Source of the DNA: Hyphochytrium catenoides
Taxonomy: Eukaryota; Protista; Hyphochytriomycota
Assembly: GCA_900088475.1 (NCBI GenBank)
Contig: FLMG01002017.1
Location: 1-42,525 of the forward strand
Direction of reading: 5' to 3'
DNA: 42,525 nucleotides
Part shown: in pieces, positions 34,306 to 42,525 of the stretch
Layout of the letters: every line of letters begins with the position of its first letter
Position numbering within the stretch: position 1 is the stretch's first letter
The notes under the pieces: generated by a model
What the model saw: only the letters and a program-made list of their open reading frames with translations
Database searches by the model: none
Told to the model about the DNA's origin: nothing
Program-made: the position numbers and the translations under genes

Positions 34306-36090
34306 TCATGGGAGAGCAATGTAAGGGGCTCCGCTGGGTTCTCCAGCCTCTGCCGCGTCAGCCGCTGCTCCCCCTTCCCCAGTCTCTGTGATGCTGAGAC
34401 GGCCGTACGGATGTCTGACTTGTTCTTGGTACCTGCGCACCATAATCACCGACCACACTCCCAAGACCACCGCCGCCAGTGCGCCAACGACGATGCCAGC
34501 GATGGCTCCCGCAGACAGCGAAGATGGGGGCTTAGCATCGCCGCTAGCCGTCATCTTGTTCCTCTCATTCCCCGCGGTAGGCTGTGCAGAAGGCTGAGAT
34601 GGCAATGTTTGATGAGTGGCCTCCGTCGGGGCAGGAGGAGCGCGCGGAGAAGAGGGAGAAGGTGCTACGCTCACAGGTTCGGAAGGAGCAGAGGGGGAGG
34701 ACGAGTTTTTGTCCCTGTCATTGGGCGTTGTCGGTGTCCTCGACTTGTCATAGCGATAATGGAAAGAAGCCGTAGCCGGCGGAACCGGCCGTGCCGGAGG
34801 TCCATAGAGCTCTTGATGCTGCGCGATGTACTCAGCGGTGGGATAGTCCGGCGGGTTGCAGCCGATGTTGACTTGGGCTGGATCCTGGTACCATCGAATG
34901 TAGTCCACCAGGAAGAAGGCTGGGAGAGCGCTAAGACCGCCCACACCGCCGGCCCAGCTTGGTGCCAGGGCCATAGTAAAAATAAAGGCCATCGGCTCCT
35001 CTGGGATCAGTCGATCTCCGACGCAGTTCCCTGACGGATCACAGCGGCCCTTCAGCGCTGCCGCAGGGATGGAGAGAAGAAGCTCAGAGTTGAACAGAAA
35101 GTTGATGAAACCCTGAGGGCCTACTTCCCACTCTACTATGTAGTCATTGAAGCCAAACCGCTCCGTGGCAGAGAGAGTCTTCTTGCTGGCGATGGCGTTA
35201 GACCAGTAGCCCTTCTCGTCATGTCCGTACCACGCGTTGATCTCCGTTCCATAGTCCACAGCGTACCAGGACCGAGGCTGAGGACCTCCATATGGCGTGG
35301 TGGGGAGTCCGCCATCCCCTGGCTTATAATATATCGGCAAGGAAGGGGCAAGTTGCAGAGAAGAAGGGAAGAAGAAGCTGCTGGCGGTAGCCCAAGCTTC
35401 TAGAATGTCGATCTCCGGCGCACCTCGGCCCTGGTTCGGGTGCAGACCGCTGCCTGGATTGCTATTGCAGGCTGATATTTTCTGTGACGTCCTCATGCTA
35501 CTGTCGCATACATTATAACTGAAGGGCCACACTCCTTTGTTCGATTCCTCGTACTGAGGACGGCCCAAGTTGCCCATCATCCAAGCTCCGGGCCAGGTTC
35601 CCGATGCCGAGGGCCACTGGTTGTTCACAATGACCGTGCCCCCGGTGAAGCAAAATTTGTTCCAAGACTGAATGCTCGCCCCCACGTACGACCGTCCTCC
35701 CATTTGTTGCTGTGTGAGCTTCATCTCCAAGTTGCCATCTCTAGTCGTGACGTGTGTTGGACTGTTATATTCCAAAGCGTTATTCGTCACATCGGGAGCA
35801 TCAATGGCTGTCCACATCTTGTCAGTGCCAGAGGCGAAGGTGCGCCCGTCTTCGTTGAATTCATCGCTGGCAACGAGAACCATGCGCTGGCCGTAGGAGG
35901 TGAGATATGACGTCTTGTCTTCAGGGGTGTCAGGATCGATCCAAAAGGAGGTCGCGACGTGATACGCAGACACTGACCGCAGCCGTGTCCATAGCCATCC
36001 AGTGGTCCCCGCCAGAGCCATCAAGCGTGCCACAGATGGCAGTCTGGCAGGAGCGCCACCACCCAAGGGCTGACCTCTGCATCTCCCCAT
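34306..36090 (-). CDS. SKN1/KRE6-family GH16 beta-glucan synthesis-associated protein (putative 1,6-beta-transglycosylase), intronless, with C-terminal TM anchor
   Basis: 594-aa ORF with WIDPDTP, LVASDEFNEDGRTF, QSWNKFCFTGG, WPGAWMMGNLGRP, GVWPFSYNVCD, GRGAPEIDILE (GH16 ExDxxE), IPEEPM, VDYIRWYQ and GCNPPDYPTAEYI. A P/S/T-rich stalk precedes the TM AIAGIVVGALAAVVLGVWSVIMV-RR. Confidence 0.93.
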   Translation of the reverse strand: MGRCRGQPLGGGAPARLPSVARLMALAGTTGWLWTRLRSVSAYHVATSFWIDPDTPEDKTSYLTSYGQRMVLVASDEFNEDGRTFASGTDKMWTAIDAPDVTNNALEYNSPTHVTTRDGNLEMKLTQQQMGGRSYVGASIQSWNKFCFTGGTVIVNNQWPSASGTWPGAWMMGNLGRPQYEESNKGVWPFSYNVCDSSMRTSQKISACNSNPGSGLHPNQGRGAPEIDILEAWATASSFFFPSSLQLAPSLPIYYKPGDGGLPTTPYGGPQPRSWYAVDYGTEINAWYGHDEKGYWSNAIASKKTLSATERFGFNDYIVEWEVGPQGFINFLFNSELLLSIPAAALKGRCDPSGNCVGDRLIPEEPMAFIFTMALAPSWAGGVGGLSALPAFFLVDYIRWYQDPAQVNIGCNPPDYPTAEYIAQHQELYGPPARPVPPATASFHYRYDKSRTPTTPNDRDKNSSSPSAPSEPVSVAPSPSSPRAPPAPTEATHQTLPSQPSAQPTAGNERNKMTASGDAKPPSSLSAGAIAGIVVGALAAVVLGVWSVIMVRRYQEQVRHPYGRLSITETGEGGAAADAAEAGEPSGAPYIALP

Positions 36091-36616
36091 GGTAGTATAC
36101 CACCGGTGGTGACACGCTTTACGGTGCAGATGAAGAAGAGAAAAGCTCTTAGCTACCTCAAGGCACAGCTCGCTCGGCGACTGGGTGGGGCTAATTATAC
36201 TACCCCGTCCGGTAGCAAGGGCTTATTCCCTTCCCTCCAGCAGCTCTTTGCTGCTGACTCGTCCTTTTCGTTTTCTGTTGGTGCCAACACCCGCCTGGGC
36301 CGTCTGTGCCGTGCCCCTGCCTGCTGCCGCTGCTGCTGCTGCTGGTGTCCTCCGCGCTCGAAATCAGGCAGCGAGGAGTCTATCCTTTGGCGTCCCTTTC
36401 CATCCTCTGTTTCCTCTGCCTCCTGGCTGCGTTCTGTGTGGCGGTCACTTCTTTCTTATCGTCTCCCTCCCACCTCCTCTTTCGTCCGGAACGCACAGTG
36501 GATCTGCACTCTCTCTCCTCACCCACTGCCTCACGGCCTGACATTACCTCGGGAAGGAAGGAGGGAAAGGACACCACCGAACATGAAAACAGAAAGAGAA
36601 GAAGAGACAGAGACCG

Positions 36617-36617
<1 letters not shown>

Positions 36618-36658
<41 letters not shown>

Positions 36659-36740
36659 GAGAGAGAGAGAGAGAGAGAGGACGAGATAGAGAGCGAGAGA
36701 GAGCGAGAGAGGGAGCGAGAGAGGAAGAGAGAGAGAGAGC
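36618..36740. repeat. Compound (GA)n/(GACA)n microsatellite upstream of the SKN1/KRE6 gene
   Basis: Direct reading. Confidence 0.9.
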
Positions 36741-37263
36741 ACCCAGAAGATAGCAAGAGACAGAAAGAGAGAAAGACGAGAAGAGACAGAACGCGAGGAA
36801 AGGTGTATCTCCAAGCTGGTTGAAGATCAAAGATCAATACCGACAAAGGGGACGCCCTACTAGTTATCACTCTAAGGTTATCTTACCCGCTCAGACATGG
36901 CACCTGCAAAGGTCAGGAAGAAGAACGGCGGGAGGACTGATGGGAATCTGCCTCACACATCAGTGATAATAATGAAAGACTGGATAGTTCTGTAGAGTAG
37001 CAGTAACGGTAGGAGCTTCTGATTCTCGTCGTCTCGTCCGCTTTCCAATTCCGCGTTCCAGAGGGGAAATGATTGCGAAGAAGACCGCGCGAAATTCCGT
37101 CGTTGCCGCTACTGCGAGCTCCGTCCGCCCGCCATTCCCAGTCGCATACTTGCCAGATTAGGCGCAACACGTCTCTGAAGTGGGGGAACACTGCTTCTCG
37201 GAGTCACGTTTTCGCTGCTTGATTGCAAAGCTGCAAGGACAGAAGGAAGCCATCCTACCAATT

Positions 37264-38254
37264 ATGAGCAGTAAATCAATGACGCCTTCTCAAGCCCCGA
37301 GATTGAAGTTTACGCCCTTCATGGTGTTTGCTGCCGAGAATAGAGACCGCCTATTAGCGGAGAACCTGACCCAAACTGCAGAGCAACGAGGTGGTGATAG
37401 TATTACTTACTACGCAGTCCGACGCGAACGCTCCAACCACCTAATCCTGCGCTGCGTGGCACATCCGAAACAGGTCTGAGTCTTGTCAATGAATGGAACC
37501 ATCTCACGTCGAAAGAAAACAGGTCTACATCTAGCTTCTCCCTTCGGAGGGAATGACTAATAAGCTCAGACTAAACGTCGTTGCGCCACATCATCACCAG
37601 AAGTACTCTGACTTGTGCGAGAACTATGAAAGATTCTCAGCCTGTTTCTCACAAGTAAACGGACATCGTGTGTGCCATCTTATATAAAATATGGAATTAG
37701 TAACGCGGCGCGCTTGAATACTTGCGTAGACCTTCCAACCAAACTCCCAGCATACCGTACCTGCCGCAGACGACAAAGGCGAAAACAAAAAGAGGAAAAG
37801 AGACTCTCAGACCCCAAAGCCTCCCCCTTCAGCATATTTACTCTTCGCTAAGAGGTTTCGACCAACTCTAAGGTCATAGAAGAAGCTGTCATTGTGCACC
37901 AGCGACCTATCTAATGATGATGTCGCAGAGACCGCCATCCGGACGCTACCTGCCGAATTGGGAAAGCTTGTAAGCTCACAAGGGTTCCCTTTGTCTGACA
38001 TATAATCGCTAGACCTAACCCTCTGCAAACTGTATAGCTGGGTCAAGAATGGAAACAGCTCTCATCAGCTGATAAAGAGGTAAGCGAGTGGGTTACTGTC
38101 CCTGCTCTCCACCTCATGTTGCCCGACCGACCGTCAGATGTATCAGCTTGAAGCAGCAGATGCACGGAAGAGATACAACAAGGAACTTGCCTCCTATGTG
38201 TCTCCTCAAAGCTCTATGAACGGCAGCAGCGGCTTGCCTAAGCCTACGTCGTAG
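37264..38254 (+). pseudogene. Two-HMG-box (HMGB-like) gene with two apparent frameshifts (pseudogene or sequencing errors)
   Basis: Exons 37264-37390, 37474-37522, 37601-37654, 37730-37872, 37929-37969, 38038-38079 and 38138-38254. Box 1: PRLKFTPFMVFAAENRDRLLAEN...LVNEWNHLTSKE / KYSDLCENY. Box 2: KKRKRDSQTPKPPPSAYLLFAKRFRPTL..RHPDAT / AELGKL-LGQEWKQLSSADKE-MYQLEAADARKRYNKELASY. Exon 2 is 1 nt short and exon 5 is 2 nt short of the HMG frame. Confidence 0.7.
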
Positions 38255-38333
38255 AGTTTTTACCACCCCGCAAATCCCATCAAGCGTCCCCAATGTTATC
38301 ATGCCGTATAGAGAAGAGAGGCGCGTAGTGATT

Positions 38334-39767
38334 TTAGCGTAGGATAAGTGGTTCGGCAATCAGATCTGTCCGCTGCACGCTGCCTATATCAGAGAGCGTG
38401 CTGGCAAGTGCTATTGCATGGCCCTCCCTGGAGACAACGGACTGCTGGTGCTCGCTCCAAGGATGGTTGCAGTTGCACACCCAGGGACTGGAGGAGCAGG
38501 AAACAATAACGTCAAATAAAGAGATGGATGCACCAAGGACAGAGCTGAACGGCTGGTAGCAAGTGGATGTCTGCTGACCTGTCAAACGCCGCGCAGTCGC
38601 AATTCTTCTTGTTGCACACGTACGGCTCGGTAGGGTTATGTTCAATGTGCTTGTGTTTACAGCGGCATCGCAGGATCCAGGCACCTGGTGAGACTGGTCA
38701 TTGGGTACATCAACTCAGCAAGCTCAGGTCAATTGCCCCTACCTTCAGCCACAACAAAGAAGAACTTCTTGCAGGGGCATCGGGAGCAAGCAAACGGAGA
38801 AGTAAACTTCACTTTAGATGGTCTGGTGGCGTCTTGAAAGGCGGGATGTTCCTTGAGGCGATGACCACTGCGAAGATAAACATGACAAGCAGAGGTCAGT
38901 TTGCTAGGCCGAAGCAAGAGGATAGGAGTCTCACCAGATGCACCGCGATTCTTCACGGACCGGAATGCACTCTTTGAGGCACGTCTGGCATCTCCACTCC
39001 ACCACTTTCTTCTGCTTAGTCATGAGAAGCTTGATCAGTGCTCTCTCCTGCTCACCAACCTCTCTGCTTTCTATGGTTGCAGTCGGTGCTTGAGTCCGAC
39101 GGCCTTCGCTCCCTGGATCACCTTGCGGTCCACTCAACTTCTCTGGCGCCGCCCCCGAGGTCAATCCAGCATTCCCAACCACTAGGCACAGGAAAGTCAC
39201 TGAGTCAGTCGAAGGAAATTTAGCATGAAATCATAGGAGAGTGAGGCTGATGGTGCTTCAGGGCCTTACTCTACCTTGCTCCACCTCAGAAACTTCACTC
39301 CAGACTCCCATACAGCCGGAGGAGTCTACGATGGATGCAAGCAAGGCAAGCAGAAGTTAGAGATAGTCCCTCGTAGGCCTAAGGTATACCCTCCGCGTAC
39401 TTTCAGTCATATTAGCACTAGGGTCAGGTCTATCTTGTTCGACCGACCCGCAGTCCACAGCCCTCGCCGGCTCAGAATCTAGGGCCTGCCTATCCTGACC
39501 CCATAAGGAAACAGAGGTCACATGAGTGCTGATACGTTCGGTGGGGCAGCAGCCAGAAGATTGCAAGGTAACTCCCACATCCCAATGCTGGCCGGTAATC
39601 ACTGTGCTGCCAGTTACGGAGGATGTCGGAGTTGTGGAAGTCGCTATATGGTTCTCGCCGTCAACTTGCAGCTCACGCTTAGGAGCGGCGCTCTTGGGCT
39701 TGAGGTTGTGTTTCTTCTTCAAGAGCGAGAGGGCACCCTCAGGCACTGCCTTCGCTTGACTCATCAT
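38334..39767 (-). CDS. FAM221-like (DUF4475) Cys/His-rich protein, multi-exon, 5' end uncertain (may extend to ~40120)
   Basis: The spliced C-terminal part reads EWRCQTCLKECIPVREESRCI-CGHRLKEH...CSRCPCKKFFFVVAEG-AWILRCRCKHKHIEH...CNKKNCDCAAFD-SPWVCNCNHPWSEH. This is the CxCGHxxxxH / CRCKH / CxCxHxWxxH pattern recalled for FAM221. Confidence 0.7.
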
Positions 39768-40609
39768 CCTTTTCACCTTTATTATGACCTGGTCTGTGGC
39801 GTAACAATCAATCTCCAATGACAGGCCATCGCCGACCAACCTGGTGCTGCTCAAGAGGCATGCAAAGCCTTAGTTCCAATTAAAGAGAAGGAGAATAAGA
39901 GGTCCATAGCTCGAGCTCAGCAGGCTGTTGAGAGCTTGTCAGACCAGCATGAGCTCCTTCCAGGTCGTGGCCCTCGCAGAGCGAGCTGACGATGTCTGCC
40001 TGCTGCCGGTTGCCTGTCCAATCGCCTGCCTCTTCTCCTTCTTTTGTCTTTTGTCATCACCGGGAGCGGATCACTGAATGCAACGAGGAGGTGCAAGAAG
40101 AAGAGAGGAGCTCTTCTCATCATTTGATGAGTGCATCTGCTTCAGCCCCAGACTGCCGCTAACGGCCCTCACATGCAGTCCGAAAACATTGTTGGTACAT
40201 CGTACATCGCCCTGTTAAGACATAGCGTCACCTGCATCCCCTTAACAACACTGCCCTCCTGAAGGCTGAAGAGAATTTCGAGTCTTCCCACAAAAACCCT
40301 TCTCTTGCTTGTCTAGTGGTTCATTTCAACTCCTCTTCCGCCCTCTTCTCCGCTTAAGGTTATCATTACTGAGATGTGTGACAGTGTTGGCAATGAACGT
40401 TTATACCCCAAAATGTTTTTTTAACGTTTTTACTTTGTTTTCGTTTTTACTTTGTTTTCATTAAAAAACACCGTTTTTACGTTCAATGAAAGTGAGAGGC
40501 GTTTAAACTATTGAAGGTTTCATGAAAGCTACCAAAGGTTCCCTTAATTTCTGATATATTTCATCTAGCTTTCGTGAATTTACCGTTTGGCTTGACCATC
40601 AAAGCTGTA

Positions 40610-42417
40610 CAGTACCCCCCCCCTAATATTTTCGCCCACCACATTTTCACCCCCTAATATTTTCGCCTCTTTGGAGCGAAAACCACTTAATCCATATTTA
40701 ATACTAGCAGGTGTATTATCTATGGTCTATCACTAATCCATAGTTAGTATTAGCAGGGGTATTATCTATGGTTTATCACTAGGCCATAGTTAATACTAGC
40801 TAGGGCATAATCTATGGATTATTGATAATCCATAGTTAATAGTAGAAGGGGTATAGACCTGTTGCCGTCATAATCCAGAGTGACGGCACTAGCTGCTCGC
40901 TGTTGTTCATCATTCTTGGTATCGCTTCTCCTTCTACTGATAGGATTTGTTCTTGGAGTAGGGGGGGCTCATTATTATTTTTAAGAATTTGGACCTAACT
41001 TGTTGGACGTTAATACCTCGCCGCTTGCCATAATACCCATCAGATTGACTTCCTCCCTCTAGTTTGGGAGTCCTTTGGTGGTGGGGGCTCCGCCTCTGTT
41101 GCTGCAGCTTTCTTTCTCAATTCGATTTGGGCTGCTCAGGCTGATCGAACGGTTGCAGTTGAACGCGATGTCCACTTCTTCGTTTCCGCCGCCTCATCAG
41201 ACAGATTTCGTTGGCCCTTCACGAGGAAGAAGCGGCTCAAATGATTTTTTTATCCCGGTTGGCCCCCTCTGCTCCGTTTCTCGCAGCTTTTCACTCTTCT
41301 ACTCCCCTCTCTTCTTCTGCACTCTCTTCTGCTTCTTCTTCCTCTCTTGCTCCTGCCGCTGCTTCTGCTCCTGACAATGCCCTCTCGGTGGCCGGCCGTG
41401 AGCAGGATCAAGACTTTTTTCTCTCTCGCATTATTACTGGAGAGGAGGACGATCTTTCCGCCGCCTCCTTAGTGGTGCTTCCTTCGGTCAATGATGCCCG
41501 GCCCGTGGTAGGGGCCGGGTGAGGTCCTAGCTTCTCTTTCTGCTGCTCTTCTTTTCTTTTTGGCCTATTTTAGCTCTTTCTCCATTCTCGTTTGTTGCTT
41601 CGTAGTACATATTTGCATCTCTCCTGCTTCTTCAAACAGTAGTCAATTATAAACGTCCTACTAATTTCTGGATAATAAAGATCTGTTTCTCGTTGGATGC
41701 TAATGGTGCACGATAATAATAAATAAATAGCTATGGTTAATAATACCCCCTCTTCTTATGCTATTCATGGTATCATAAGCCATAGTTAATATCCCGCCAG
41801 GGCTAAGCCAAAGCTACGATTGAGCCATAGTTAGTAGCCCGCCTGTTGCTGTTAATCTTACTTCTTCTTAGGTTCGTTATCATCATCGTTGCTAGCTGCT
41901 CCTTCTTCTTCTACTCCCTACTGACTGATACAAGGTAATAATAAGTAGGGTCTTGTTCTTGTTGGACTTTTATTAGTGATGAAGAGGGGCTCATTATCAT
42001 TATTATCATTAGGACCTAACATGTCTAGTGCGCTGCAATAAGCTATAGTTCACCCTCTTATATGTTTTTTTTGGTTTATGGCTGTATGGGTGGTGGGGCC
42101 TCCAGTGAGGTTACATTGACACCGCCCCCTTGGGGAGCCCTGCCCCTGGTGCCTTGCCTGCCACTATCCCTCCTTAAAGCGAGGCAGTGGTGTGGTGTGT
42201 GGTGCTGCTCTTATGTTAAGTAGAGTATCATAAAGCCAAGTTAATACCCTGCCAGGGCTAAGCCATAGTTAATACTCCTCTGTTATTACCTATGATTGTA
42301 TAAGCCATAGCTAATACCCCGTCTAAATTAACTATGGCCTCCTCGGACATTCGCCCCCCAATATTTTCGCCTCTCCTAGGTGGAAACCATAGCGAAAATA
42401 TTAGGAGGGGGGTACTG
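40610..42417. mobile_element. Non-autonomous Tc1/mariner-superfamily (pogo-like) DNA transposon, 1,808 bp
   Basis: Left TIR CAGTACCCCCCCCCTAATATTTTCGC (40610-40635). Right TIR GCGAAAATATTAGGAGGGGGGTACTG (42392-42417) matches at 25/26 positions. TA lies on both flanks (40608-40609, 42418-42419). Extra subterminal copies of CCC(T)AATATTTTCGCC occur at ~40651 and ~42356. No transposase ORF is present. Confidence 0.9.
40688..40880. repeat. Tandem array of ~4 x 46-bp palindromic units inside the transposon
   Basis: Units start at 40688, 40734, 40780 and 40826, with a partial unit at 40871. The consensus is TAATCCATAGTTAATACTAGCAGGGGTATTATCTATGGtttatcac. Confidence 0.85.
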
Positions 42418-42525
42418 TATTGAGTGACGGAAGCTTGATGTCAAGTGGTCAGGCAGAGATCCTAATCACCGTTTAATGGGCCTGTGCGGCTTGATCAGTT
42501 TGAGGCCCCTCACTTTCTGCCTACA

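Noticed and set aside
34267-35034. 255-aa Arg-rich + strand ORF
   Set aside because: It is an antisense shadow of the well-supported SKN1/KRE6 CDS.
36106-36870. Several 100-215-aa ORFs upstream of SKN1
   Set aside because: They are driven by GCT and GA/GACA microsatellites and have no recognisable domain. The region is probably 5' UTR or intergenic.
40688-40880. Palindromic repeats resembling a CRISPR array
   Set aside because: The units abut with no unique spacers, there are no cas genes, and the array lies inside a eukaryotic TIR element.
41211-41522. 103-aa + strand ORF inside the transposon as a cargo gene or transposase
   Set aside because: It is a low-complexity S/A-rich antisense reading of a purine-rich stretch, with no HTH or DDE motifs.
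41050-41640. Stop codons in the transposon interior as proof of RIP
   Set aside because: Every stop codon can trivially be derived by C-to-T, and the ancestral frame is ambiguous, so this is not evidence.
42451-42525. H/ACA snoRNA as a firm feature call
   Set aside because: A hairpin plus terminal ACA is present, but there is no ANANNA H box and the window ends here. The final TACA could also be the start of another TA-CAGT element.

Overview
Intron-rich eukaryotic genomic DNA with GT-AG introns, many CT/GA microsatellites and two N gaps. The SKN1/KRE6-type GH16, FAM221 and EFCAB5-like genes suggest a flagellated stramenopile or similar protist (inference). Gene models were built by hand from splice sites and reading-frame phases. 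Nine protein genes are supported: (1) an RS/K-rich conserved protein; (2) a giant (~3,000 aa) tandem-GAF/SAM/IQ protein; (3) a 13-exon bacterial-type class II HMG-CoA reductase that splices in frame into a ~376-aa C-terminal domain resembling a degenerate isoprenoid-synthase fold; (4) PPC decarboxylase, head-to-head with the reductase; (5) glycosylasparaginase; (6) a NIPA-type Mg transporter; (7) an intronless SKN1/KRE6 GH16; (8) a two-HMG-box gene with two apparent frameshifts; (9) a FAM221-like Cys/His protein. The right end holds a 1,808-bp non-autonomous Tc1/mariner-pogo-like element with TA TSD, 26-bp TIRs and an internal array of 46-bp hairpin repeats. A CCGCTAACGG (Myb/MSA-like) motif recurs upstream of minus-strand genes. 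No rRNA, tRNA or CRISPR array was recognised. Most ORFs in the supplied track are shadow or low-complexity ORFs. All family assignments come from recalled motifs, not database searches.
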